Shown here piece by piece: positions 39,331 through 53,224 of a stretch of DNA of 64,000 nt. Origin of the DNA: the human T2T-CHM13v2.0 reference genome, Homo sapiens. The position numbers and the translations under genes are program-made. Each line of letters begins with the position of its first letter. The stretch's first letter is position 1. The notes beneath the pieces are model-generated. The model made no database searches. It was not told the origin of the DNA and saw only the letters and a program-made list of their open reading frames with translations. Where the stretch lies: assembly GCF_009914755.1 (NCBI RefSeq), contig NC_060929.1. One strand, written 5' to 3'.

Positions 39331-42227
39331 CTTAACTGGTATTCCATTAAGACTCCTTTAAACATTTTAGTTGCAAAAATAGGCAAAGCATTTACCTTTG
39401 GTATACAAAGAGCTAACCATTAGATTCTTGTTTCCAGCATGAGTGATTTCTATGCCTACCATTGGATGACAGGGGGAGCAAACAGAAAAGAAGGGATAAA
39501 GAGAGAAGGAGCTGAAAAGACAGGTTATGTATTTTTAATGCTACACTTACTATATAGATATATTAAGAGTACTTCAGAGTGAACATTTATTCATCAATTC
39601 ATTCAAGAAATTTTGAGCGACGTTTTAATATGTACAAGGCATTGGTTAGATTCAGGTGATAACAATATTGAAAAAACTAAAAAGCAATGCCCATGCCCTC
39701 AAAGAGCTCAATTTTCATGAGTAGTGGGTTTTTTGTTAAGGAATGTACCTGAAAAGACTAGAAAACCACCTGAAGAAGCCATTAAAGGCAAAATTCAAGA
39801 ATAAGGAGAAGAATTGCAATAGAAAGCTGTTAAGCTTCATTTTAGCCCCAAGACTTTATGATTTTACTTTGCAAGGAACTCATATCTACTTTTCATGGTC
39901 TGATAATCTAGGTCAGATAGATATAGTCCTGGTTAGCAGGAAAAAAAAAAAAGTTGATGGTGTCTTTTAATTCCAGGGAGGTTTCTGTGAGCTGAATCAG
40001 AGATATTATTTTGTAGGGTGTTTTACCACCAGATTGCTCTTTTCTCCCTAGACTAGGCTGACCTCACAACCAAATGACATATTTCTTCTTAGTATCTGCA
40101 CTGCCACATAAGTCCCTAATGACACCACAGCAATAGAACAAGGAGGCTCAAATAATGTCTATTTTTGGAGGAAACTCGGGCTTTATCACTTTTTTGAAGG
40201 TGACATAGGAAAGTAGGGCAGGACTAATCACAGGTAAGATTGGATTTTAAAAAAAAAGAACCTTTTCATAAAACAGAGAATGTTATAACAGAAATGAATC
40301 ATAGAATTTGTAGGGAAAGGTAAGAAATCATTACTAACAGAGGCAAATCTTCAATAAGAGCAGTGAGAGATCTTTCCACAATGAAATGAGATATCTTTGT
40401 AAAAAAATCTTCAAACTATTTCAGTTCCTTTTAAAGTAACTCCGAAGTCCTCCCCACCCACTCAATGAATAAAATATTCTATTTTAGCTTATCTGAGGCA
40501 CCTAAATTTTGTTTTGTAAGCAAATCATTGTTTTTCATAATCTAAAGTGAATTTTATTTGAAAGAGCATCCCCTAATAACTCAGAAAGTTTAAACAACGC
40601 CAACTTCCATTTTCACAAGGCCTTTTGATTCAAGTTATGGTGGCTTTGGAAAAGCCGGGCTGCAGAAGGGAAATTCTACCATGAATGCTGCCTGCACAGG
40701 GCTGAGCTCCCCAAGAAGCAGAGACAATCCTTGACAACGCTCTGAGGTAAGATTTCTTTTACTTAATCTGTATGGGGTTTTTTTTTTATCATTTTTGATG
40801 AATCTGATTCTCATTCACTTCGACAGCCTTTGAGGTGTTTTGATTCAGAGAGCTCACACTGACTTCATTGAAAGGACCTGTAAAGTGCAGCTCCAGTTGC
40901 CCCTGAAAGCTCCTACTGCCTTAAGAAGCACAGGAGCACGCTTTTGGCAGATAATGTAGCATCCATAAGTACAATGCTCTGGCAGCCACTATAGATAAAT
41001 ATTTTTTATCTGCCTTAATTTTTTCCCTTTGTCTGATGAATCTCCTCCAATTTACAAAAAAGAAAAATACTTCATTAGTTAGTCACATTTTAAAATTTTT
41101 TCCACATGTAGGCAGTATTTCCATGCCATATGAACTATGTAAGCAAATTTTTCCTTTTTTTTATAGATTATCTCTGTGAGTTAGTCAGCCAGCGCTTTGT
41201 GAATTAGGGGAGTTAAATAAATAAAAGGGGCAAATACAAACTGAGAGCCTGATGTTTTTCCCCAATAATAAAGACAGTGATTGCTTAAAGAGATCCCCAA
41301 TTTCTGTCTCAATGTCAGCTCTGAACTAACAGGATGATACAGAACCTATTTATGCCAGGGAAAGCTTAGAAAATTTCTTGCTTAGTCCTCTGGCTCTGGA
41401 GAATTCCAAATGCCTAAAATGATTCTCAGCATGCAGAGACCACAATGAAGATGACGCAAACTTGATACAGCGCAGTCAGATGTTCTACATGTCAGGCTAC
41501 AATGGGTGAGAGTCAACTCTGGTTGGTCTGAGTGTTGTCCCATGGTTGGATCTCCCCAGGCACATTACAGACAGAACCTCATTTCTAGGCCTGCCTTGAA
41601 CTACCGTCATTCCTCAAGGAACATTTTAGATGTAAACTCCCTCAAGAATAGTTTGAGGGTGATCCTTTGCTACTTTGCAGCTAGCTAGGACCCAAATGGT
41701 CCACTGGTATCCACAGTGGGGAAGTGATTTGCTTGTTCTGATGGAAGCATAGTAGAGTGAGAAGAGAGAAGATTTCTCTCTTCTCATTCTTGGACTATGC
41801 AAGAGAATAATCATTGCCCAGCCTATTAATACCTGGAATTTGGCTACACACTTTATGCATATAAGCTCATGTTTCTTTGCAACAAACCTGTGATTCAGGC
41901 ATTCTCAGCTCCATGGTTCTCACACATGGCCATGCCCATCTGCACAGATGCAAACACACACAAAAGCTTCTTAGGGAGAGTACATACTCATCCGAGTATT
42001 AGACATATTAAATGTAGTGTGAGCATTGAGATTTGAGTCTACTGGACTTTCAAGTCTTTTCTTTCCTGGGATTCTGTTCTATTTGTACAACTTACTAAAT
42101 TCTAGATTTTTCTGAAGGTAACTCAATTTTTTAAAAACCTGGTTTATTCATCCTTACTATGAAGATAAAATACCTTCAGTTTACGCAATTGCTGTAAAAA
42201 TGAAATGCAGTAACATATGCATACGCC

Positions 42228-42530
42228 TTTTTTTTTTTTTTTTTTTTGAGATGGTATCTCATTCTGTCACTCAGGCTGGAGCTCAATGGCCGCCATCTCA
42301 GCTCACTCAACCTCTACCTCCTGGGTTCAAGCAATTCTCCTGCCTCACCCTCCCGAGTAGCCTGGATTACAGGTGTGTGCTGCTACACCTGGCTAATTTT
42401 TTTTATTTTTAGTAGAGACGGGGTTTCACTATGGTGGCCCAGCTGATCTCGAACTCCCGACCTCAGGTGATCCACCTGGCTCAGCCTCCCAAAGTGCTGG
42501 GATTACAGGCACGAGCCACAGCGCCCGGCC
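42228..42530 (-). mobile_element. AluSx-like
   Basis: Poly-T then gagatgg...cctcaggtgatcc...gcgcccggcc; TSD tgcatacgcc (42218-42227) / tgcataaggc (42531-42540). Confidence 0.93.
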
Positions 42531-42764
42531 TGCATAAGGCAATTTTAATCCATCCTAGGATATGGTCTTTAATAACATTAGTTCATTTCTCTTTATCTTG
42601 TTTCCCCAAATGGATATAGTGTTTCCTGATATGCTCTCACTAAACAGGCTCTTCCAATCATTTTAAAGTGACCAAATATTTAAGTTACCCATAGAAAATG
42701 TCTATATATGCATGTAAGACATGTATTTATGGATTTGTATTTTCAGTATTTCCAACGTTCATTA

Positions 42765-43150
42765 TTTTTATTCATTCAGGCAGTTTTTAGTTTGACGTGC
42801 ATTCATTGGCTACATACAGAACTCTGTTCCAGGCCCTGTAGGTGGCACTGGAGCTAGGAAGATGGAAACACAGGCTCTCCATCCAAGGCGGTGCTGTCTT
42901 AGCCTGAGAAATAGACATTTACAACACAATGTGGAAACCACTGTCATGGAAACAAGAACTTACAGAACAGAAATCTGAATCAACATTAACCGTGTCTGGA
43001 AAGGGCTTTGGTAGAAGGAGATGTCAGGCCAAGAGTAGAATGAGTAGGAGTTAGCCAGGCAATGGAGGAGGGAAGGTGCTGCTGTCCACCAGATGGGCAA
43101 GACACAGCTGAATCCAGGAAGCCAAGTAATGTAGCTTCCTGTGTAGCTCA
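42765..43150 (-). mobile_element. L2 3' fragment
   Basis: attcattca...ccaggccctgt...ggcactggag...gaatgagtaggagttagccaggc. Confidence 0.6.
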
Positions 43151-43514
43151 GTACTGACCTCTGAGAGAATAGGCGTTAGTTTAAAATACAGCATTCAAAA
43201 GTCCGGAGGAACTGGTATTCTTATCTCACCAAGTCTACATAAGTTTAGACAGTGGGAAACGCCTCCATTGGGTAGAAAGCAGTGATACCTGATAATCAAC
43301 TCCTTGGAAGAAATGTACTCAACACTGTGACCTAGGTGTTTAGTCACATGAATACTGGGAGAAATTCCAATCTTCACCTCGGCCAGCAAGGAAAGGTAAA
43401 AGATATCAAAGATCCAAGGGCAAAGAACCAAGGGCAAAATTACCCTCCTCTCCAGGAGCTGAAACATCAAAGGAAATGCAATTAAAAGCCTAATGACAAG
43501 GTTCATCTACAGAA

Positions 43515-43726
43515 GTTCTATTTGTACAACTTACTAAATGTTAGATTTTTCTGAAACAACTCAATTTTTAAAAAGCCTGGTTTACTCATCCTTACTATGA
43601 ATATAAAATACCTTCAGTTTACCCAATTGCTATAAAAATGAGATGCAGTAACATATGCATAAGCCATTTTATTTTATTTTTTTTGAGATGGTGTCTCATT
43701 CTGTCATGCAGGCTGGAGCACAAGGC
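43515..43726. repeat. Direct copy of 42076-42290 (flank plus Alu 3' end)
   Basis: gttctatttgtacaacttactaaat ... gagatggt.tctcattctgtca..caggctggagc present at both sites, about 90% identical. Confidence 0.95.
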
Positions 43727-44019
43727 AATGGGTCCACTAGACTGTGCCAGACTCACATGGGCATCCACGGCACAGGCCTACAGCTGGACACCTAATTCCT
43801 GACTGTGTGAACTGGCTGCCCTAGGTTGGCTGTTATGCTGTCTTGAAAAACAAAAGGTACGATAGTCAAAGCAAAATCAAACAAACCAGAGAGTCTTGAG
43901 CTTTAGATTCAAGCTCAGATTCCAATCTCAATTTGTCCAGCTTCTCTGTGTTCCCATGATTAATTTACTACTATCTTCTTCCAGCCTCAGTTTTCTCATC
44001 TGTAAAAATGAGCTGTAGC

Positions 44020-44566
<547 letters not shown>

Positions 44567-44959
44567 TTAAACTTTATGATTTACTTCACTTCTGAATACA
44601 CACGTCTCTTCTGAGCAATAGAACCAGTTCGGTTCCCATCGTATAACTTCACTGCAAAGTTAACTCTTCTCTTTTCTGACTTTACTTATTTGTACTGATT
44701 CTATTTTCAGCAGCTGTAGTGCTTTTTATTTATTAACTTTTTTAATATAACAGGAATATCTAAGACAAAAATCGATATATTCATAATAATGTCTCCACAC
44801 TGTTTTATAATATAAATGACAAACTTACAGATGTAAAAAAATGATTTTTAAGTTAAATTTAGTTGTTCAAATTTTTCTATTATTAGTTTGAAGCTTCTGA
44901 GTGGAAAACAGCAACCGTGATGTTTAAAAAGTATTCAAACTTTACATCTTATTTCCTCA

Positions 44960-45290
44960 ACACAGGCTAGCCCTAGGCAAATCTAACCATGTCAGACGCC
45001 TGCTAAAATTCCTTCCATGGCTCTCCACTGCCTTCATGATTGAATCTAAACTCCTTAACTTGGCAATCAAGGTCATCTTCTTGATTATCCCCTTATTTAC
45101 CTTTGAACTCATCTCTACCACTAACCAGCCAACATCCTGATCCCCAGCCATTCCAAAGTCCTTGAAATCTCAGAAGTCTCGTGCTCCATTTTTCCTCCCT
45201 GAATTTGTTTTGGCTGCTGTCTCCCCTATAAAGTCATTTTTTTTTTCTATCACTTGTCTCATATTTATCTAGAATATACCATCCCTGTGT
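44960..45290 (+). mobile_element. L2 fragment
   Basis: aaatctaaccatgtca...cctgctaaaattccttccatggctctccactgcc...aatctaaactccttaacttggca. Confidence 0.65.
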
Positions 45291-45329
45291 AAACCTTCAG
45301 GAATGCAATCAATGGCATCAACTGTCAGC

Positions 45330-45700
45330 CGTTTTCCTACTCGTATCCAATTCTACCTGCCTCTATTTAGCTTTGCTCTCAAACACATTCTGTTCTTGGG
45401 GCAGCAAGACCACCACTGTCAGTCCCAGTCTTACATACCGTATTCCTGTGCTTCCCCTGAGAGCTCCAGCAAAAAATCCCAGGGAAAACTCTGATTGGCC
45501 CATCTTAGATCAGTACACAGCCTAGAACCAATGTCTGTGGCCATGGGAATGAAGAACTTTCATTCTTGCCAGTCTGAGTTATATGCCCGTATCCATTTTG
45601 ATGGAAGAGAAGACAATAACACCACTTCAAATCTATAAACTACTATAGCAAAGAGAAATGGTGTGATTCTGGTCCTCCAAAAGCAGGTATACTGACATTA
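45330..45700 (-). mobile_element. Old MaLR LTR (MLT1K/L-like)
   Basis: ccagcaaaaaatcccagggaaaactctgattggccc...tagaaccaatgtctgtggccatggg. Confidence 0.6.
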
Positions 45701-46125
45701 CGTAAAATAATATATGTAATTCTTCTTTTGTAAGTGTCATCATGCTTCTAACCCAAGGAATTAAGTATTTTTATTTATTGTTAACAGTACTGTTACCAGT
45801 ATCTCAATTACTTTTATTTGCTTTTACCAGTAACAGTTTTTTATTATTGTTTTTTGTTATTGTTCTGTTTTTTGTTTTTGCATTCAACTGAAATTGCTTA
45901 TTAGAGGCCAACATTCTAGTTAAATACACAAAAATTAGAAATCCAATTATCATGGTAATGGTTAGTTAACATTTGAAAGAACTTTAGAATAAAGCGTTTT
46001 TATACATAACGATTGCACATTGTGAAAATGAGTGATTTTAGCATGAAAGCCAACAAAATTAGAATACACAGCAAACATCAGCCATAAATATTTCTGAAAG
46101 AGAGCTACAATGTTGGGGAAAGATA

Positions 46126-46270
46126 AACAGAAGAAAAGAATGGAGGGTAGAGGAGGAGGAGGAGGAACAGGAAAAGGAAAAAAGAGAAGAGAAGGAAGTA
46201 GGAAAGAAAGGAGAAGGAAGTAGGAAAGAAAGGAGGAAGAGAGAAAAAGGGCCGCAAAAGTAAAGGAAAT
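46126..46270. repeat. GA-rich low-complexity tract
   Basis: Near-pure purine run including (GGA)n. Confidence 0.85.
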
Positions 46271-49200
46271 ATAATTTTTCGAGGAATAATTTTTTTTCTC
46301 TTCATACAACATACCAAAACTTGAATCCTCATGTTGCAATAGTCATGTGTTTTAAATATCTAAGACACTAAGTTGTCTGAATCTATTTCCTGGGAACTGG
46401 AAATAGGAAAAATAGATCCTTCCCTATATACAAAGATTAATTACACAATTTAGCATGGTTTTCTAAGGCAGCACGTTTTCATTGACATGCAAACGGAAGT
46501 ATTTTTTTTTTTGCATGAATCACCCTGAAAGTACTAATTAGAACTTAAAATTCTCATTTGTAAATCATATGAATCTTATGAAACATGCTTCTGCCTTAGA
46601 GAACCATTTCCTAAGGGCTAGCATATGACCAGAGTGTGGAGCAGATGTTCTCAAACAGATGAAGACAACCTTTTAAAGCTCAGAGCAGCCCATGATAGTG
46701 GGGGTAGCAAAGCCCTATTGGATTTCTACAAGTAAGCACTAGGAAAGGAAAATGTTTTGCATTAAGTGGTCCACTAGGCTTTTAGTTAGGTGAGCATCTG
46801 TACTCCTAGGTCATAGTCTCTGAAAGTAAATGAGTTAAAATCCCTGATTCAGTTAGGAAGATGCAAAAGTGATCCACTTATAATTTAGAGGAAACAATTA
46901 GAAGTAAGGACTTAGATTCGATTGGAACTCAATCTTTATTGATCTGTATGTAAACTATATGCACTAATGTCTGTAAGGATCTCTTCACACAGAGCTTGTT
47001 ATGCTTACCTCTAGGAAGCCATGTGGCAAGACTTAACAGTGTAATCACACTGCAAGAGGCCTTGAGTGCCGAATATGTTTAAGATACTTTCTGAAAACAC
47101 CTCTAAGATGGCTCTCCAGATTTGGCAAACAAAGACTTCCTGAGCTGCTGCTGCTGTCCATTGTCCTGATTTGGCATTACTCCCTTGATATTTTTTTAGT
47201 TGCAGCTGTGAAATTTGAGCATCTCCAAGCTCACGGTGATAATATACATCATCTCTCAAAATCTGGGCTATGAGAGCATTTTTCAGATTTCAGCAAATTT
47301 TATACCTCCTCTACCTCATCCATGCAATAAAATATTGATTTCTAAATCAAATTGAAAGGCAATCAAAGTGTAAGTGTCAACAATGTGTTCTCCAGCTTCC
47401 ACTTATTTTCCCTTTGACCCTAATTAGTCCTTTACATTTCCTGATATCATCCTTTATTGTTATTTTTCACTCATAACACAAAAATAGCTCTGATCTTGAA
47501 TCTGTCTTAGCTTCCCTTTGGTCATACTAAAATCATATGACATCGACTTTGCTGCCAACCACAGAGTTTCTCAATTTGATGCATATTTTGAATAGCAAAA
47601 GCTGGAGATAGAACACACAAAGTCATTTTAACAGTATTAAGCCTGCCTTCCCCCTGCAGCTCTTTTAGCACAGCTCTACTGAACATCAAGAGCGGAGATT
47701 TAGCTTAGGTGACTTCAGTCCTTCCCTTTCTAACCCCCTCCCCGCTTTCAGGTGCTCAGTGAGTCTTTCCTGTGGACTCTGGCTCAGTTTTACTTGTTCT
47801 CAGAAAAGAATGCTTTGCTTGAAAGAGATTTTAGCCATCAAAAAGCTGGTTTGAAAATAAAGTAGGAAATTAGGGTAGACCTCCTAAGGGCTTTAAAAAC
47901 TATATCATCTTTCCTGTTGTTTGAGATTCCCTAAGGTTCAGAAACCAGAAGGAAAAATATTCTGAAGATGCACAACTTTAGCCCAGCACAACTTCTGTCT
48001 CCCTACTTGTTCCTCATACCTTTGTAAAACTCACCAGCCAAAGAACAGAGTACATGCTCAGGGTTTTAAATGACATTATCAGCACACTCTGAAACAATGC
48101 ACTTTTATTGTCATAGAGGCACGCTGCCAAATTTGTAATTACTTTAGTATGTAACCTGAAATGGTTTTCTGTCTCTCAATGTTGCCAAAAAAAAATGGAA
48201 ATGCTAAATTATCTTCTTAGGAAGTATATGCCCCATCATAGCAAAATGAAACATGATATCATCTTAATAATAGTTCATTTACCCTTTAGAAAGAAGATTA
48301 CATCTTTATTTGGTGAAGAGCCTTGATAACGCACAGGTGTGGAATATAGGATCCAAGAGTACAGGTGTCAGTAGGAGAAGCTACTACTAAGGTGGAGCTT
48401 AAACAAGCTTGCTGGAATGGATAGGAAAGGTTACTGGGGATTTTCTGGAAATGGAGAGATCAAAGACTATTTTCATGTGTTGGGGTTCAATGTGGGGTTA
48501 TAACTATTATAAATACCATTCATATCATTCATATGTTCCCACAACTCCTCAATTCTACTACTCTTGCAGATACCTTGAAGGATGGAGGCATATCTGGGGT
48601 AAGTTGAGCAAGAGTCTATTTCACGTCTGCACTGTGCCACTAAAGTGCCTGCATGTAAGACAAGAAAGGAATGAGAAGAAGAGGGGGTCTGGAAATGGGC
48701 ACCACATTCTCTTCAACTTACAGAAGCCTTGAGGATTTATCTGGCTTCCATCCAGTATTAACAGATGTCCAAGCAAGTCTTAAGGGGTCAGAAAATCCCA
48801 GTTGACATCTAGGTTACACTTGGTTATCTCATTTTCTAGCTAGGAACTTGCATCCATCTGTCAGAGTTTCAGGAATACAAAGCATTAAGGTGTCTTATGA
48901 GAGAGTATTTTCCCAGATTGGCTGGGAAAGCCATGCTCTGTAACTTCTTGCTTCTACTACCAACCTTAATGACAATTTTAGCAGGGACTAGATAAGCAAT
49001 GGACTGAAAGAAACTCACTATGGCTTTATGAACCTGTAAAAATCAATTCCAACAGATACAGTATGTGCATAAGCAACCAGGACATTTTTAGGCAATTGAG
49101 AGTGAAATAAAAAGCAATCAATTACTAAGTGGGTCATTTTTGTCACCATCATCTGTGTCAGACTTAGTCTAGAGATGTATCATAAAATGATTTATCATTT

Positions 49201-49729
49201 AACTTAAATATGAATAAAAACTACAGGGGTTTTCTGGTAAAAAATACAAAGAGTTTCATCAATATTCTTTGAATTAATTAAAAGATTAGCCACTGGAAGA
49301 ATTACGATGTCAGTAACCATGACGTAGTCAGGGCAGGCAGGGAAATCTATCTGTTAGCCACCATATAAAAAAGAAAGGAGTATTTTCCACTAGAGATAGA
49401 GCTGCAAAGCATTGATTCACTGTTAATATATCCAAGGTAAAGAAGAGGGAGAAAAAATACCCAACCCACTGACACACTTATTCCATTATTTGTAACACAG
49501 AGGAGTTATAATGCTTCTTAGACGAGGGCTATAAAATACTGAGAGCTCCCCAGAGGAAAGAGTAGCCTAGGAACAAGGTTTTATTAATTGAAGAGTTTAT
49601 TAAGCATGAATCAATTTCCTTTGCTTCCTCATATACTTAGGCTTACTACTCATTCATAGGAATTTCTTGGTCCAGAATAATTTTATCTTTCAGGCCAGAT
49701 GGAGGCTACAATGAAGAGTAGTTTTTACT

Positions 49730-50090
49730 ACACACACGCACACACACACACATATATATGCATATATATGAGACATGCTCTCACTCTGTTACCCAGGCTG
49801 GAGTGCAGTGGCTCCATCATAGCTCATTATAACCTCAAACTCCTGGGCTCAAGAGATCCTCCTGCCTCAGCCTTCAGAGTAGCTAGGACTACAGACACAA
49901 ACCACCATACCTGGAAAATTGGGGATTTTTGTTTGGTTGGGTTCTTTTTTGTTTGCTTTTGTTTTTGTTTTTTGTTTTTGTAGAGACATGGGTCTCACTA
50001 TGTTGCCCAGGCTGGTCTTGAACTCCTGGCCATATGCAATCCTCCTGCCTCGGCTTCCCAAAGTGCGAACATGAGCCAACATGCCCAGCC
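49730..50090 (-). mobile_element. AluJ with (CA)/(TA)-converted tail and expanded linker
   Basis: gagaca...tcactctgttacccaggctggagtgcagtggc...ctcctgggctcaag...catgcccagcc. Confidence 0.9.
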
Positions 50091-50371
50091 CTATGTTTGT
50101 TTCTATAGATGAATATTTTATACTTCATGATGTCTTTTCTTTTATGGTAAATTTTTGTCTTTTTTTGTTGTTGTCTTCTTTAGTTCCTTTTTAATCTTTA
50201 AATCTCAAATAAGAAAAAGGACAGAAAAGAAAACATCTGGGTTGTTTCTCCACTTCTGAGAATTATGTTGTTTGTACTTGTAACCTCAGTGCCTAGAAGA
50301 GTATATCATATATAGTAGATGTTCAATAAACAATTTTAGAGTGAATGCCTAGACTATATATCTAGGCCCAT

Positions 50372-50850
50372 ATGCTGCCTGTGTTCTGTTTTTCTTCCAG
50401 ATTCATTTTGATCCTTCTCCACTGGGCACTGTGTCTTGGGAGTGAGGATGGCCAGCATGAAGTGCATCGGCAGGATCCCTTGCCCTCTGGCTTACTCTTG
50501 ACTTTGGCTAATGAGAGACATCACAGAAGACCAGAGAATGGGGTGGATGAAGTCTAGATATTTCTCCTCCATGCTCCTTCCCTGGAAAGTCACCCCAAAG
50601 ACCACAGTTTCTGTCAGGTGATCTTCTCTGTGTAACTATCTTCTCTGTATACCAGAAACCACCTCTCTGTGTCCTTTCAAGTCTTGGCAGAGATATGGCC
50701 CCAAACTGTTGCTAACCCCAGCAAACTCCAGTGTACCTTACTGGTTTCCCTATATCCTGTCCATGACTTTGGAAATCATCTCTTTTCTACACTTTCCTCA
50801 ATTACCCAATTGATTGTTTTATCTCACTCCTGCTGGAACCCTGACTAATG
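50372..50850 (+). mobile_element. ERVL solo LTR (LTR33-like)
   Basis: cccttgccctctggctt...tttggctaatgagag...ctgttgctaacccc...cctgctggaaccctgactaat. Confidence 0.7.
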
Positions 50851-52771
50851 AAGCCTTATGATTTATAAAATGCTATCAAAGTTCAAATAGTAATTAAATG
50901 AAAAATTCAACTTCTGAACATTTTTTTTAAAATGACATCTGGGTCTGTTGATTATCTAATACCTCGGGCTTATTTTTTAATTGAAGGCAGAATCAGTTTT
51001 CATTCCTTTCCTGAATAAATGTTTAACCAGTTTTATTGAACTAGTTATGATGTGGGAGCTTTGTTCTGATGAAGGTGCTCAGAAGTGTTTGTAGTTAGTA
51101 GCTACAATAGCTATAAAAATATATTTCTGTTTAAAGTATGTATTAAATTATATGTCTGTGAAATTTGTATTAAAGTAAGAAGAATAAGAAAAAGAAACTA
51201 TGAAATATGTTGTTAAGCAAAATTATTTAGATCATTTTACAACAAAATTTTACTAAATATTCATCTATACTACAAATAAGGAAATTAAAGCAAAAAAGTC
51301 TCTTCAATCACTGTGAACTATATTATATTACACATGATTGAATCAATGTGAGCTTATATTTTAAGTATCTATAATATAATAAAATATTATTTAATAAATT
51401 AAAAGAATAAAATTATGTTCTAAATATCTAGTGTCCTGAATTTTCTTTTAAGTAACTCATTTGAATGGAATTTATTTTACATATCATATCTTCATTATAT
51501 GTGAAGAAACTAAATTCAAACCTATATTGATTCAATATTAGAAAAAATAGTCATTTTAGATCTTTTCCAAGATCTTCAGATTTTAAAAAATAGAACAGAA
51601 AAAGAAGTCATAGCATTTTTCCATTCATCTTCATATGAATTTTCCCAATCAAATATAAAGATAAAGAATAGATTAAAGGTAAAAGGGTATAAGTAGGAAA
51701 AAAAAAGTAGAGCAAGAGAACCTCCAAACTACTATTTTCCTTTTTTCCTTATTGGATTTCAACATTAGTACTCTGGATGCCAAATGGCAGCTTCTAAAAT
51801 ATAGAATTACAGCTAAATTAGATTAAGCTGAAAATGCCCTTCAGCATCTCAGTGTTTTTTTTTTTTTTTAATGTGAATGAAAGAACAGATTTCTCCTCTT
51901 GCATTATCATTTCTTTCCTCCTTGGTGATGTGTTTTGGCAGGATGGAAAGTGGAGGTGGTATGCAAGGGATATTCATCTGTTAATTATAAACTGGCTCCC
52001 CACTTATTTCTTCTTACTGAGCTCCTCTCTTTTTCCACTTTTCTTTACATACTGGTCTGTGAAATTCTTGCTGTCACTAAATCACTTAGCATGGATTAAA
52101 ATATCTATTAGGAGTGAGTTGAGTGGACCATTCTGGAAGCAATAACCAAAACCTTGGTGCATGCTGTCACTAAACTGCCACCACCTGACTCACTGACGTG
52201 TTTTGGTGCCGTGTACTTATCACCTCATGAACCTTATTCCTAACTTCTGCCTCTCCTTTTTGAAGTGTCTCATATACATTGCCAAACTGAGTTTCCTAAG
52301 AGTCCAATTTTATAATTTCAGAAAACAAAGAGGTTCTTCATTGTATATTGCTTCCAGTCTTAACTTCTTCATGTAAACTTTCCTAAAGCTGCTGGGTTTG
52401 GTTGCTTTCTTCATGCTCAGTCAAATGCCCTACTACTTCCTAGCAAAAGCCTCTGCTCTAGTCATAACAGATCCAAAGATATTACCCACATCTTGCTCCC
52501 AATCAAAACTACTCATCCTTAGTTGAATATAGTCTACTGCCTTTTCTGTTTGTTTCCAGTTTTCCCTTTGTTGGTTTTATTGTTTCTTTTAAGAATCTTT
52601 TATGCAGTCAGTACCGAGGAGGTAGCGAGACAAAGCAAGTGGACATTTTGTTATCATGCACTGGGTTCTTAAAGCCATTGGCTTTTGACTTCAACAGCCT
52701 GGGCACAGAGCCGCAAAAGCCACACAAAGCCAGAGGTCCCTTCAGTTTGGAGAGAGAATTGCAAAGCCTCC

Positions 52772-53217
52772 TGTATTAGTCAGGGTTCTCTAGAGGAACA
52801 GAACTAATAGGATAGATATATATGTAAGAGGAAATTTATTAAGTATTAACTCAGACAATCATGATGTCCCACAATAGGCTGTCTGCAAACTGAGGAGCAA
52901 GGAGAGCCCGTCTGAGTCCCAAAGCGGAAGAACTTGGAGTTGGATGTTTGAGAGCAGGAAGCATCCAGCAAGGGAGAAAGATGTAGGCTGGGAGGCTAAG
53001 CCACTCTTGTCTTTTCACGTTTTTCTGCCTGCTTTATATTCTAGCCACACTGGCAGCTGATTAGGTGGTGCCTACCTGGATTAAGGGTGGATCTGCCTTC
53101 CCCAGCCCAGTGACTCAAATGTTAATCTCCTTTGGCAACACCCTCACAGACACACCCAGGATAAATACTTTGCATCCTTCAATCCAATCAAATTGACATT
53201 CAGTATTAACTATCACA
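52772..53217 (-). mobile_element. MLT2A1 (HERV-L) complete solo LTR
   Basis: 446 bp, tgtattagtcagggttctctagag ... cagtattaactatcaca; perfect 5-bp TSD cctcc at 52767-52771 and 53218-53222; lacks the longer internal block I associate with MLT2A2. Confidence 0.92.
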
Positions 53218-53224
53218 CCTCCAA

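Noticed and set aside
43515-43726. Alu 3' transduction as the origin of the copy
   Set aside because: No poly-T at the left end of the copied flank and no TSD; the proximity to the donor favours DNA-templated copying
45962-46339. 125-aa proline/phenylalanine-rich ORF
   Set aside because: Translation of the GA-rich low-complexity tract
47011-47259. 82-aa minus-strand ORF in unique sequence
   Set aside because: Non-ATG start, no recognisable family, and a stop two bases before the donor; kept only as a possible noncoding exon
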